Assembly: GCF_004010195.1 (NCBI RefSeq)
Contig: NC_057718.1
Span: 69,773,213-69,837,212, forward strand
Origin: Chiloscyllium plagiosum
Lineage: Eukaryota
DNA length: 64,000 nucleotides
Direction: 5' to 3'
Below, one piece after another: positions 9,776 through 23,640 of the stretch. The stretch's first letter is position 1. Every line of letters starts with the position of its first letter. The notes below the pieces were generated by a model that was given only the letters and a program-made list of their open reading frames with translations, had not been told where the DNA came from and searched no databases. A program made the translations under genes and the position numbers.

Positions 9776-10139
9776 ACACACCCAACCCATTAAGATGATC
9801 TGAAGACTCTCTGCTCCTTTCATGAGAAAGTCTGAACAGTCCCCACTCACCCCCAGCTCCTCTACCTGTCTGAGCTCATCCTCACTTTAAACAAACTTTG
9901 TCTTTAGCTCCTCTTGCTTTCTTCAGATCAAAGGGGGTACCCACAAGGGGATACTCACAAGGCTCCCAGTTATATCTGTCTCTTTGTGGGGTACATGGAA
10001 TATGCCTTATTCCAGTGCTACTCAGGTCTCCCTGCAAACCTTTCTCATCACTGACATCATCTGTGCTGCTTCCATCTCTAATCCAGAACTGGAAAAAATT
10101 ATCCATCGTCACACAGTCCATTGCTGATTGTTCCGTCCC

Positions 10140-11180
10140 CCTCCTTGTCAATCAATAAAAATAAATCAATAAGAAGCAATTTTAATGTTACATAAAGAGA
10201 AAGCAGTGGTCAGATGCAATGTTGGCTCACTGAAGAGTGAAAGTGGGGATAATGCCAATAACTATGGGGAAATGACAGACACATTAAATAATTACTTTGC
10301 CTTGTTATTTATAGCATACAAAGAAGGTAGCTTGCCAGACGACCTGAGAAAATTAATAGTAGATTAGGAACAGGGACTAAATAAAATTAACAGAAGTAAA
10401 ACATCAATAATGAAAAAGATTAAAGGAATGAATGAGTGGTAAATCCAGAGGACCGGGTAGTTTCTATCCATTGATGTTAAAAAAAAGTAGGGGAGCACAC
10501 TGTAGTTGCCATACCTATAATCTTTCAGAGTTCCCTAGATTCAGTTCCTCTGGTTTGGAAATTTGCACATGTCACTCTGCTTTTTACAAGGGCCAAAAGA
10601 GGAAAGCCAAGGAATTACAAATCAGTTACCCTGACATCTGTGGTGAGAAACTTGTTGGAGTCTATAATCAAGGATGGGGTAATTGAACACCTTGAAAATT
10701 TTGGGTTGATCGGAAGGCTCCACAATGGATTCATGACAGGTAGGTCATGCCTGACAAACCCATTGGAACTTTTGAAGATGTGACTAAGTTAGTAGACAAG
10801 GGATGTCAAATATGTTGTTTATATGGACTTTCAGAAAGCATTTGATAAAGTCCCACATAAGAGACTGCTAACTAAGGTAGGAATCCAATGGAATTGAGGA
10901 TAAATTACCAACAGAGCTAGGAACTTAGCTGAGTAGCAGGCGACATAGAGTAGGAATAATGGGTGGGTACTCAGATTGGCAGGATATGACTAGTGGTGCT
11001 CCACAGGGTTTATGTTAGTGCCTCAATTGTTCATATTATTTATTCGTGACTTGGATAATGGCATAGAAAGTCATATATCCAAGTTTGCTGATGACACAAA
11101 ATTAGGTGGCATTTTAGATAGTGTAAATGATAATATAAAATTACAAAGGGATATTAATAGATTAGATGAATGGGTAAGTT
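10140..11180 (+). mobile_element. Decayed CR1 LINE ORF2 (RT)
   Basis: YMDFQKAFDKVPH-like segment; LFILFIRDLD..ISKFADDTKLGG. Confidence 0.8.
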
Positions 11181-11199
11181 CAGAACAGGTTCAGAACGG

Positions 11200-11780
11200 T
11201 TTTGAAGAAGAGTCACTGGACTCAAAACATTAACTCTGCTTTTTCTCCACAGATGCTGCTTGACCTTCTGTGTTTCTCTGGAAATTTCTATTTCTGTTTT
11301 GGATTTCCAGCATCTGCAGTTCTTTTCCTTTATTATTCTCTATTTCAAGTCTGCTTCAGTGTTCCAGTAAGACTCAATGCAAGCTGATGGAACACATTCA
11401 GGGCTCGACATTGACTTTAACAATTTCAGAACATGAACTAGAACATGTTCATTATTCTTCCCCACAGATTTAAGTCCTGTGTGCTTGGGTTGCTCCCAGC
11501 ACAGCCAACTCATTATCAACCATTTACAATTCTAGTCAGCACCTTAACCAGCATTTAACACTCTCTCAGCTTATAATCAGCATTTTCAGTTTGTCTATCC
11601 CATTTTTTCTCTCTCTGTCCATTCTCCCCACACTTCCTAATAACACCGCTATGTCATCAGAATGAATCCCACCATTTCCCGGCTATTTCCAGTTCTGACA
11701 AAAGACATTGGACTCAAAATATTTCTCTACAAATTCTGCCAGACCTGCTGAGTTTCTCTAGCACTTTCTATTTTTGTTTG
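11200..11780 (+). mobile_element. Penelope-associated terminal-repeat fragments
   Basis: Two degenerate units of the GAAGAGTCACTGGACTCAAAACATTAACTCTG..CAGATGCTG type. Confidence 0.5.
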
Positions 11781-11949
11781 AAGTGATGGGTGAGGGTGGA
11801 TTTCAACTTGTCCAAAATATTACTCACGCAAAAGTCAAGCCTTGACTTTTTGACAGAAAAAATTGTCTTAGTAACTTAATTTTATATGAATATAAATGGC
11901 AAATTGCTATTGCATGAACAGAGTTCCAATCTTTTACCACACAATAGAC

Positions 11950-13150
11950 AGCTATTGTAATTTCTCTGTAACATTTTGATCTTGCCCTTGAACTGGATTG
12001 TCTGCCTAATGATAATACTTTTACCAATCAACCCTTATTTGGTTTCCTTAACATTGTGATAACTTAAGTCATAACATGCCTTAGCCATCTAGATTTTAGG
12101 GAGTGCAACCCTAGTTTGTTTAATTTCTCTTCGTAATTTAACCCCTGAGGGTTCAGACATCATACTCGTAAATTTGCCCTGAACTGTCTCTAAGATTAAA
12201 ATATCTTTCTTAAAGTGAGTTGGTCAGGACAGCTCACTGTACTCCAGATGTAGTTTAGCCAGGGCTCCTGTATTCAACTTTTCAAAATATGAAGAGCAGC
12301 ATTCCATTGAACGTTTTTCTCATATCATCTGTACCTGTTTATGACATTTTAAGACTTGTTTACAGATTTTTACGTTGCTGCAGGAGGCCTTCATGCCTTC
12401 AGCCCATCATACCTGCACCAACACTCTGAGCATTTTAACCTAGAGCCAATCTTTTGTCTCTTCACAACAATCCTACATACTATTTCTATTGAAATTATTA
12501 TCTAATGCCCTATTGAGTGCCTCAGTTGAACTTACCACCACCTTGTCTCGAAGACAGTATATTCCAGATCTAAACTACTTACTGTGTGAAAAAGATTTTA
12601 CTGACCTACCATTTGCTTCTTTTGCAAATCATTTCAAATTATACTTTTTGATTCTCAATCCATGTACAAGTGTAAACAGTTTCCGCCATGAACTCCATCC
12701 AGACCCTTTATGATTTTGAAAATTTATTTTGAAAACTTCTTAGTCTACTCCGGTCCAAAGAAAACAGTCCTGACTTCTCCAATCAATCTTTATAACAAGA
12801 TTCCCTTGGAACCATTCTCCAATGCATCCACAAACTTCCTTTATGTGGTGCCCAGGACCATATATGATACTGTAGCTAAGGTCTACTTAGTGTCCTACAT
12901 AGGTTCTTCAACACTCCCTACTCATGTACTGTATGCTTCTATTTATGGAGCCTAAAATCTACCATGATTTAACAATGCATTTAAATGGATTCCCAAGTCT
13001 TTTTAAACTTCCATTTTTCCAGCTTTTCACCAGTTACACATATCCCTGTCTATTCTTTTTTTGATCCAAACATGATGATCTCACATTTGCCTACATTGAA
13101 ATACATTTTCTATGTTTTTCCATTTAATTAATCTATCAATAAATCTTTAT
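11950..13150 (-). mobile_element. Old nested CR1-like LINE fragments
   Basis: Reverse-complement matches to CR1 ORF2 C-terminal motifs; heavily decayed. Confidence 0.5.
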
Positions 13151-13609
13151 TACATTTAAGCTTCCATCTAAACTGACTACACTATTGTTTGATATTCACT
13201 CCATTCTAGTCTATTTAACATTTGTCCCATGTTTGATTCCTCATATATTTGAATTTTTCTTTTGAATGCTCTTTCACATACAGTGCATCACAATTTGTAT
13301 GTGAGCAAACCCAAAAGTCAATATGTACACACTGGATTGAGATTGTGACTAATTATTCCGTAATAAAAACAGAATGTGCTGGAAAAGACACCATGGATCT
13401 GGAGAAGCAATAAAAAGATCGGTATTCATAAAATGACTCAAGCAATTCAATGGCATTGCCATCACTGAATCCCACACTATCAAGTTCCTAGGGGCTTACA
13501 GTTGATCAGAAACTAAACTGGATCTTCCATTTGAATTCTGAGGTTATGAGAATTTGTCAGAGGTAAGAAATCTTGGTGAGTAATTTATGTGCTAACTCCC
13601 CAGAGCCTG

Positions 13610-14450
13610 TATTGGATTACACAGTGGAAGATGTGTCTAACCTACCAAGGAAGCAAGAATGACGTAAGGATACGATGGGAGATTAGGACTTCAATTCAAT
13701 TGTTATCACTAAATGGGTAATGTTGAGCAAACTTGAGGGTCTAAAGGTAGATAGGTCCCCTGATCCTGATGGAATGCCTCCCAGCGTTTTGAAAGAAATG
13801 GGGGAAGTTATAATTAATGCATTAGTGGTAATTTACCAAAATTTACTGGACTCCAGGTAGGTCCTAGCAGACTGGAAGACAGCGAATGTCACACCGCTGT
13901 TTAAAAAAAGGTGTAGGCAAAAGACAGGTGATGACAGGCCAGTTAGCTTAACATCTGTAGTCGGGAAAATGCTGGAGGCAATCATTAAAGAAGAAATAGT
14001 GAGACATCTGGATGGAAAGGGTTTCTTCAGGCAGACGCAGCATGGATTCAGGAAGAGAAGATTGTGTTTGACTAACTGGAGTTCTTTGAGGATGTAACAA
14101 GCATGGTAGTTGGAGGAGAACAGGTGGATGTTATATACTGGGATTTCTAGAAGGCATTCGATAAGGTGCTGCATAAAAGACTCATCTATAAGCTAGGAAT
14201 GCATGGAATTGCAGGGCATGTATTAACATGGATAGAGGACTGGTAAACCAATAGAAAGCAGAGAGTTGGGATAAATGGGTGTTTCTCTGGTTGGAGATCA
14301 ATGGTGAACGGCGTGCCACAGAGGTTGGTGGTTGGGTCTGCAACTGTTCATGACATATATATAAATGATTTGGAAGAGGAGACCGGGTGTAACCTGTCCA
14401 AGTTTCTGATAACACTAAATTGAGTGGAAAGGCAAAATTTGCAGAGGATG
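13610..14450 (+). mobile_element. Decayed CR1 LINE RT region
   Basis: DWKTANVTPLFKKxCRQKT..RPVSLTSVVGKMLEAIIKE; VIYxDF*KAFDKV. Confidence 0.8.
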
Positions 14451-14534
14451 GGTACAATTGTATCCCTGTATTTGAATGCACATGACAATAAAACTTAATG
14501 CTAATTCAGGCATTTGTGGAGTAATTTCCTAATG

Positions 14535-16940
14535 ATAGGAACAGGAGTAAACCATTTGGCCCATTGGGTTTGGTCTGCCATTCATTAAGATCTTGGCTGA
14601 TCTTTCCATCATCTCAGCTCCTCCTACTTCCATGATCCCCATAACCCTTAATTCTCCTACCATGCAAAATCCCATCCAACTCTGTCTTGAATATATTTAA
14701 TGAAGCTGCCTTTGCTGCTTCCTTGGCCATGGAATTCTATAGATTCTCTGGGAAAAGCAGTTCCTCCTCATCTCTGTCATAAATCTACTCCCCTTAATCT
14801 TGAGGCCATGTTGGTCTTAGTCTCACCAACCAGCGGAAACAACTTGTCTTCTATTTTACTTACCTGACTCTCTCATAATTTTATATGTTTCAAAAGAACA
14901 TTCTTCTAAATTCGAGCAAGCACAGTCCCAGGTGGCTCAAGCTCTCATTGTAGGGTAACCCCTTCATCTCAGGAATCAACCTGGTGAACCTCTTCTGCAC
15001 CACCTCCAAATTCAGTATATCCTTCCTCAAGTAAGGAGATCAGAACTGTGCACAATACTCCAGGTGCGGCCTCACCAACACCTTGTATAATTGCAGCAGA
15101 ACCTCCCTGCTCTTAAATCCAATCCCCCAGCAATGAAAGCCAATATTTCATTTGCCTTCATGATTACCTGTTGCACTTGCAAATCAACTTTTAGCAATTC
15201 ACGTACAAGCACTCCCAAGTCCCTCTGCACAACTGCATGCTTCAATCTTTCACCATTTAAATAATGCTTTAACCTACTATTTTTAATTCAAAGTGGACAA
15301 CTTCACATATAGCAATATTGTACTCCATCTATTAGACCCTTGCCCACTCACATAACCTATGTAAATCTCTCTGCATGGAAAAAGGACTCCAAATATCCAT
15401 TCAACCCGTGCTCATAATTTTGTAAAATTCTACCAGACCACCACTCAACTTCTGGCATTCAAGTGAAACAAACTAAGTTTGTCGAATGTCATCTCATAGC
15501 TGTCATTGTCCAAACCAGGCAACATCCTGGTAAACTGTATCTCTACCTTCTACAAAGCTTCACGTCCTTCTGGCAGTGTGGTGACCAGAACTGTACACAA
15601 TATTCCAAATTCAGCCTGACAAACATTCAATAAAGCAGCAATATGACTGATCAAGTTTTATACTCTGTGCCGTGACTGACACGGGCAAGCATGCCATGCG
15701 CCTTCATGATCACCTTTCTGTGGACCTGTACAATTAGATCTCTTTGTACATTAATGCTTTGAAAGATACTTGTGTTTACTTCTTCCTTCATGCATTAGAC
15801 CTTCCAAAATGCATCACATTGCATTGGCCCAGATTAAATTCCGCCTGCCATTTCTGTGCCCAAGTCTCCAGCCTATCTAGTTGGTGGGTCCAACAAAGGC
15901 AGCGATGAGATGGTGGAGGTTTCTCTTTCAGTTACTGGAGGCAAGGTGCAGGAGTGGACTGGGTTGGAAAGACTGCTATCCTGAATTTTTTAATTTCTTT
16001 ATTTCACTAATTTATTCCTATGATATGTGAAGCTGGACTTTTTATTTTTTTACTTTTCTAATTTGTTTTCCCTAAGAATTTGTTCTTAAGAATTTGTATC
16101 TCGGTAGCTTTGTACCACAGATGGCACTATAATGTGGCGACTTGTGAACTTTTCATTGTATTCATTTGAGTACATGTGACAGTAAAGTTAATTTGAATAT
16201 CTATATCCTACTGTATCCCCCAGCAATCATCCTCACTATCTGCAGCTCCCCCAGTCTTTGTGTCATGCACAATTTTACTATCAGACCACTTACATTCTCC
16301 TCCTTACATTACAAATGTGCTACGGAGAGCAGAGGTCCCAGCACGGATCCTGTAGAAAACCAAAAGTCACATATCTCCAGTCAAAAAGACACCCTTCCAC
16401 CACTACTCGCTGCCTTCCATGACCAAGCAGTTTTGTATCCGTTTTACTAGCTCACCGTGGATTCCATATGCCTTCACTTGCCCTCAATCATCTTTTTCAC
16501 TTCTTCAGAAAAACTAAATCAAGTTTGTGAGAAACGATTCCCCCCACACTAAGTCATGCTACCTATTGCTGTTAAGTCCATACAAAGAACATTCTCCAGT
16601 AATTTCCCTTCCACTGATGTAACGCTCATCAGCCTGTAATTTCCAAGATAGTCTCTGTAGCCCTTCTTAAACAAAGGAACATCATTGGCTGCTCTCCTCT
16701 GGGACCTCTCCTATGATTAAAAAGGATACAAAGATTTCATACAAGATCCCAGCAATCTCCTCACATGCCTCGCCCAGTTTTCTGGGTAAGATCCCACAAG
16801 TCCTAGGGACTTGTCTACCTTAATGCTTTTCAAAACACTCAACATCACCTCCTTTTTTCAACATGCCCTGGTTTATCAACATGGCCCTCTCTAAATTCAC
16901 CATCCACTATGTCCTTCTCCTTTGTGAATACCAAGGCAAA
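14535..16940 (-). mobile_element. Two adjacent decayed CR1 LINEs (about 14535-15375 and 15400-16940), with an unrelated insert at about 15880-16200
   Basis: Reverse-complement matches to LVRPHLEYCAQF and to RT-region CR1 motifs. Confidence 0.65.
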
Positions 16941-16959
16941 GACTCATTAATAAGCACAC

Positions 16960-17262
16960 CCAAGGGGTGGGGAGTCCAAAACTAGAGGTCACAAGTTTAA
17001 GGTGAGAGGGGATATATTTAAAAGGGACCTGAGGGACAACCTTTTCACACAGAGAGTGGTGCATATCTGGAATGAGCTGCCAGAGGAAGTAGTAGAAGCT
17101 GGTACAATTATAACATTTAAAAGACGTTTGTACAGGTACATGAATAGGAAAGGTTTACAGGGATATGGGCCAAATGTAAACACATGGGACTAGTTCACCT
17201 TAGGAAACCTAGTCAGCATGGACAAGGTGGGCCGAAGGGCCTGTTTCCATGCTGTATGACTC
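16960..17262 (+). mobile_element. CR1/HER1 LINE 3' end
   Basis: FTQRVVHIWNELPEEVVEAGTIITFKRRL. Confidence 0.85.
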
Positions 17263-17500
17263 GATAACAATAAATTCTCTCCTTTGTCCTTGAGGGGACC
17301 CCCTAGCATTTCCTGAGCTACTGCCGTGCTCCTTATGCAAGTATAAAATATCTTGCGGTTTTCCTTCATCAAGTTTGCCATGGAAATTTCATAGCCCCTA
17401 ACTCTTTGCTTTTGTTCTTCCCTGACTTCTTTTTGAGGACTGTCTGTCTTCAGTTTCCTAAACTGTCATAAGCCTCATCTTCTTTTTTGACTAAGCTCAC

Positions 17501-17736
17501 TGAAATAATTCCACACAGGCCAGTATCCTATCTCCAAGTCACCCATTATTTACATGTGGAGAGTTCTTGACATCGATCCAGCTCCCTAAGAGCCAGCTGC
17601 CAGAGTAAACAGGAAGTCTGACACTCCTGTTCTTATCTGTCATCCAGGGCTACCTAATTAGACCAGGTTAACAGTCCCAACTAGGGAACTCATATTCTAT
17701 GAGGTCCACCTGGCTGACCTCATTACAATCACTACA
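17501..17736 (-). mobile_element. Uninterrupted Gypsy 3' LTR (same family as 546-4108) with an empty target site
   Basis: Preceded on the minus strand by a polypurine tract GGGGGAAGGA (17737-17746); single CACTCCTGTT at 17622. Confidence 0.82.
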
Positions 17737-17914
17737 TCCTTCCCCCTGTGAGTTTGAGGACATCGACCAGTTCTTTGTAGCTTCTTCTCGGGCATTTCAC
17801 CACAAAGTCAGGTTCCTCCAATTCTGGCTCTGGTATTGGTGGTGTGTAGAGAACATTTGCTCTCTTCTTGTGCCCAGAGCATTTCAGAAGAAATGAATTC
17901 TCCTCTTCAGGCGG

Positions 17915-19378
17915 CAAAACATTCAGCAAGGCATTTGATAAGGTTTCCCATGGTAGGCTCATTCATAAAGTCAGGAAGTATGGGATACAAGGAGATTTGG
18001 CTATCTAGATTCACAAGTGATTGGCTGACAGAAGGTAGAGAGTGATTGTAGATGGAAAGTATTTTGCCTGGAAGACAGTGTTGAGTGGTGTCCCGCAGGG
18101 CTCTGTTCTTGAGCCTCTGCTCTTTGTAGTTTTTATAAATGACTTGGATGAGGAGGTTGAGTGGTGGGTTAATACATTTGCTGATGACATTAAGGTTGGA
18201 GGTGTCGTCGATAGTGTCTAGGGCTATTGCAGGCTGCAGCACAACATAGACAGGATGCAGAGCTGGGCTGAGAAATGGCAGATGGAGTTCAACCTGGATA
18301 AATGCGAAGTGATGCATTTTGGAAGGTCGAACTTAAATGCTGAATATAGGATTAAAGACAGGATTCTTGGCAGTGTGGAGGAACAGAGGGATCTGGGTGT
18401 GCAAGTACATAGATCCCTCAAAGTTGCCACCCAAGTGGATAGGGTTGTTAAGAAAGCATTCATTGGCTTTCATTAACAGGGGATCGAGTTTAAGAGCTGC
18501 GAGGTTTTGCTACAGCTCTACAAGTCCCTGTCGAGACCACACTTGGAATATTGTGTCCAGTTCTGGTTGCCCTACTATAGGAAAGATACAGAGGCTTTGG
18601 GGAGAGTGCAAAGAAGGCTTACCAGGCTGTTGCCTGGACTGGGGGGCTAGCCTTATAAGCTCGAACTTTTCTCTCTGGAGAGAAGGAGGAAGAGAGGTGA
18701 CCTGATTGAGGTATACAAGATATTGAGAGGAATGGATAGAGTCAATAGCCAGAGACTTTTTCCCAGGGCACGAGTTTTAAGATATTAGGAGAAAGGTATA
18801 GAGGGGTGGCTTTCATTAACAGGGGATCGAGTTTAAGAGCTGCGAGGTTTTGCTACAGCTCTACAAGTCCCTGTTGAGACCACACTTGGAATATTGTGTC
18901 CAGTTCTGGTTGCCCTACTATAGGAAAGATACAGAGGCTTTGGAGAGAGTGCAAAGAAAGCTTACCAGGCTGCTGCCTGGACTGGAGGGCTAGCCTTATA
19001 AGCTCAGACTTTTCTCTCTGGAGAGAAGGAGGAAAAGAGGTGACCTGATTGAGGTATACAAGATATTGAGAGGAATGGATAGAGTCAATAGCCAGAGACT
19101 TTTTCCCAGGGCACGAGTTTTAAGATATTAGGAGAAAGGTATAGAGGGGACGTCAGAGGAAGGCTCTTTACACAGAGTTGTGAATGCATGGAATGCGTTG
19201 CCAGCTGTGGTGGTGGAAGCAGAGTCATTAGGGACATTTAAGTGACTGCTGGACATGCACATGGATAGCAGTGAGTTAAGGTTGCGTAGGTTATTTTATT
19301 TTACATTAGTATTAACCCTTGGCACAACATCGTGGGCTAAAGGGCCTGTTCTGTGCTGTACCTTTCTATTCTCTATCC
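17915..19378 (+). mobile_element. CR1 LINE 3' portion with an internal 343-bp tandem duplication
   Basis: QSWAEKWQMEFNLDKCEVMHFG; 18464-18806 repeated as 18807-19149. Confidence 0.88.
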
Positions 19379-20640
19379 TAAGTGGTGACACCTACAATGT
19401 CCACCTCAGATTCCAAGATATCTTGAAAGCTTGATGGAGAGGGAGAACCCACAGGTTCTGCAACAGTCAGAAAAGCTGTTGAGAAGACAGACATGTTTTG
19501 TTCTCTCACTGTTTGCAAGTGTGCAGTTTTCACATGGTCCATGTTCTTATTTAGGACTGTCACACCTACCTGAACTTTATACATCATTGGACCTGACCTC
19601 ATGTTGACTATGCCTCTTACCAATGCAGGGCCATTCCTACGGTTCCTACACCAAACTTCATCTCCTGAAATAAATGTCGTTCTCACTTAGCAGAGCCTTG
19701 TGGCTGGCATTGGTATTCCTGATGTTGTATCACCCTTCCCACTCCAGGTCTGGGAAGATCAGATTTAACTTGGTGTGGATCCTCTCCCCATCAGCAACTC
19801 TGCTGGAGTTATCCCTGTAGTTTGTATGAGGGGTGGTCCTATATTCAAATAGAGACTGGGACAGTTTGGTATCAAGTGAAGCTGTAGGTTGTTTCTTTAA
19901 GGCTGTGTTCAAAGGCTGGAGAGTCAAAGGCTGGTCTGCTCTTTCTGACAGGCCATTTGATGATGGGTGGTATGGAACTGTCCTTGTACGCCTATGCCAT
20001 TTGACTTTAGGAAATACTCAAATTCCCTGCTGGTAAACAATGGCTCGTTATCTGTGACCAACATTTGGGCAGAAAATGTGTGTAGTTTTTCTGTCATTGT
20101 CCCTATGTTGAACAAATTATCTCTATACAACCAGCCACTTTGTGTAGGTATCCACAATGTTTAAGAATATGGAACCCATGAAAGGACCTGATAATCGATG
20201 TGTAATCGAGTCCAGGATTTACTCAGCCATTCCCATGAATGTGGGGGAGTTGATGGCAGTAGTTTTTGTCCAAATTGGCCTTCTGGATACGAACCCAGTA
20301 ATGCAGCTTTGTCTGCATCCAATCCTGGTCACCAGACATAACTTCTCACAACCATCTTTATTTTGGAAACCCCTGGATGACCCTGGTGGAATTCAGCCAG
20401 TATCTGGTGGTGACCTTTGCTCAGATCAATCATTCTTGTTCTCCATAATAATATGCTATCCCTGACTATGATCCGGTCTCCCTAGGTCCAAAAAGGTTTA
20501 AATTCTGGCCTTTCTATTTTCCTCATCGCCACCAGCTGTTCCAGTTCTGCCAGGATCAAACTATTTGTATCCAAAGTCGTCTGTGACTGGAAATTGGATT
20601 GTTAGTATTATTCGGGACACTGGTGTGCACTTCAGATTGA
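19378..20640 (-). mobile_element. Gypsy pol integrase region, decayed
   Basis: LVTDNEPLFTSREFEYFLKSNGI; LSQSLFEYRTTPHT; EVWCRNRRNGP..GPMMYKVQVG. Confidence 0.78.
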
Positions 20641-21970
20641 TGAAGAGAATGACCCCATCACCAAGACCATCTTTCCCTCCCACTCTGCCTTCCGCAAGGA
20701 CCTTTTCCCTTCATCAATCCTTGGTTCGGGCCACTCTCCTCACCAACCCTCCCGAGCCCCCATGTACCTACACCTGCAATCATAAAAGATGCAAAATCTG
20801 CTGGTACATGCAATTCAGACCACAAATGTTCAATAATATCTCCTTGCCTGTTCCTCCTTTTAGGAGAAAGTGAGGACTGCAGATGCTAGATATCAGAGCT
20901 GAAAATATGCGCAGCAGATCAGGCAGCATCCAAGGAACAGGAGAATCGACGTTTCAGGCATAAGCCCTTCTTCAGGAATGTTCCTCCTTTTAACCTTACT
21001 GGTCTTTGTCACTGACTCGTCCTCAGTTATTTTACTTGCTGACATACTGCTCTGGTTCTCGCTTCTGAAACACTAGTCCCGAATGACACTAACAAACCTC
21101 CTGCCAGGATACTGGTGCCATTCCAGTTCAAGTGAGACCAATCCTTCTTGTTCAGGTTCAATTGCCCGAAAAGACATCCCAATGATCCACATGTCTGAAG
21201 TTCCATGTTTTACCATTCCCACAGGACCGCCAGGACCCTGTCCACAAAGTGATGGGACAATTTCCCCTATCTGCTACGTCTAGGGCAAATGTCAGGAATT
21301 GGGCAGAGCAGTTCAGCACTGATGGTACTTGTCCGGGTGCATAACAGCTTATTCAAAATGAAGCAGGCACAAGGGATTGTTTTCTCTGCAGAGAAAGCTA
21401 AGAGGAGAACTGATTGAAGATTTCAAAATCATGAGTGGAATGGGCAGTGTAGACAGAGTGAAGATGTTTCATTTGTTTAAAAAAAAACAAGCGCACGAGA
21501 ACAGTGATATGAGGATAAGGTAGGAGGTTGGCACAAAATAGAGCCAGTGCAGTTATAATGTGATGATCGGATTCCTTCTGCTCCATAATAATTAATTCCA
21601 TGATTCTGTGATTCTGAATGGATGCCAATCTTTCAGCAGATATACTGTTAATAGCAAGTTGGTCTGGGTCATAATGTGGTAAAATGATGCTTGAACCAAA
21701 CACATAGCATCCCATAAGGGCAGGGTAGGTAGGTAATGAGGCATATTTGGCAAGTTACAGATAGAAATCCCACTGTGCGTATTGGCTCAAGAATTCCTCC
21801 AAAAAACCTGATGCAAGTTGAACTTAGCCAAAAATATCAAAGATTATCCCAATAGGTGGAATCTTGCCATGATTCCATGATCTGCAGAAATAACATTATT
21901 AATATTGAAAATAAAGCAGATTCTGCAACCAAGCTTTGAACAGACAGATGAGAATTTTGCTAGTGAACAA

Positions 21971-22635
21971 TGTGACAATGCTGTCATTTTAAAAAAGCTT
22001 ATTTTGTCCTGGGTTTTTTTGAAGAGAGGTTGTAAAGGCAGAGGTACTAAAGTGGCTACGGGACAAGGTATAAATCAATAATCTGGTGAGGTATTTAGGT
22101 GTTTTTTTAAAACAGTTGTAACAATGGAATGGTGTGGCCAGTTCTCACAGATCAAGCTTTCTAGTTTTTTTAGTTGTAGCAGACAGGTGTTTGGGTTTAA
22201 GAAGAGTTGGAGCCATCCTTCAATAAAATAATTCCTAGCCGCTACATTCTCTGAAATCTCTCTTGATGTTGTTTCCTCCTGGATTGGAGAATTGCTTGTA
22301 AGAGTCGGTGTCTGAATTTACCTTTTTGCCAAAGGGTATGTTTATGGAATGTTACTATATTGGAAGAGTTAATTAGTAATAGGCACTGTATCTATTTTTC
22401 AGTTAGATTTTCCAATATTCTCCAAGTTATTCTAAATTACTCTTTCTTTTGTTTGTATTTTAACTATAGTGCTGAGATAATTTTAAATAAATTGTGTTTT
22501 GCTTAATGTCACGTCGTTTGGCCACCTGCATCACATCTGGAACAAGCACTTCACATCTACCATCATAATAAGAAAAAGCTAGGGTCTTGCTACCTTCTTA
22601 ACATATTCTAAGGGGGTTGGGCCTGCTCCATAACA
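21971..22635 (+). mobile_element. Solo LTR of a second family
   Basis: TG...CA termini; homologous along its length to 41276-41927. Confidence 0.6.
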
Positions 22636-22901
22636 ATAGCAAGAGACCTATGTTTATGCATTAGCAGGCAATTAGTATCAAATCTCACCTCATTGATATG
22701 CATTTTTGTAAACTGCCATGCTCTGCAAGAAATTAGATGGCAACAATTGCAAACATGGAAGTCATCGCAGGTATCATCTCATTGCTGTTTCTTTCAGCCT
22801 CCACGTTGAACAACAGTACCGCCATCTCAGGGCAAGCTCCATGTGCAGCAAATGCACACACGGCACACACCCCACTCCCAACACCAGCCCATAGTGGTCG
22901 T

Positions 22902-23280
22902 TGCTGAAAATGTGTTGCTGGAAAAGCGCAGCAGGTCAGGCAGCATCCAGGGAACAGGAGAATCGACGTTTCGGGCATAAGCCCTTCTTCAGGAATGAGG
23001 AACGTTTGTCCAGCAGGCTAAGATAAAAGATAGGGAGGAGGGACTTGGGGGAGGGGTGTTGGAAATGTGATAGGTGGAAAGCTCCAACCGTCGTTTTGTT
23101 GTGGTCTGGCGATGGAGGAGCCCAAAGACCTGCATATCCTTGGTGGAGTGGGAGGGGGAGTTGAAATGTTGAGCCACAGGGTGGTTGGGTTGGTTGGTCC
23201 GGGTGTCCCAGAGGTTGGTTGGGTTGGTTGGTCCGGGTGTCCCAGAGGTTGGTTGAGTTGGTTGGTCCAGGTGTCCGAGT
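22902..23280 (-). mobile_element. Penelope-like element terminal fragment with hammerhead motif and about three 34-bp tandem repeats
   Basis: AQHFNSPSHSTKDMQVFGLLH (GIY-YIG end); GGTTGGGTTGGTTGGTCCGGGTGTCCCAGAGGTT repeats at about 23183-23278. Confidence 0.7.
22961..22996 (-). ncRNA. Minimal hammerhead ribozyme motif (PLE type)
   Basis: AUUC CUGAAGA A GGGC-UUAU-GCCC GAAA CG UC GAUU: catalytic core, stem II and palindromic ACGU stem III. Confidence 0.6.
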
Positions 23281-23330
23281 GGTCGTTATCAATCATGTAC
23301 CAGCCTCTCTCCACCATCATGTCTCATCTC

Positions 23331-23640
23331 CGGTGGCACAGTGGTTAGCACTGCTGCCTCACAGCACCAGAGACCCGGGTTCAATTCCTGACTCAGGCGA
23401 CTGACTGTGTGGAGTTTGCACATTCTCCCCGTGTCTGTGTGGGTTTCCTCCGGGTGCTCCGGTTTCCTCCCACAGTCACAAAGATGTGCGGGTCAGGTGA
23501 ATTGGCCATGCTAAATTGCCCGTAGTGTTAGGTTAAAGGGGTAAATGTAGGGGTATGGGTGGGTTGCGCTTCGGCGGGTCGGTGTGGACTTGTTGGGCCG
23601 AAGGGCCTGTTTCCACACTGTAAGTAATCTAATCTAATCT
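23331..23640 (+). mobile_element. HE1 SINE (young)
   Basis: A/B boxes (GGTTCAATTCC) and (CTAAT)n tail; closely matches 40912-41233. Confidence 0.88.
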
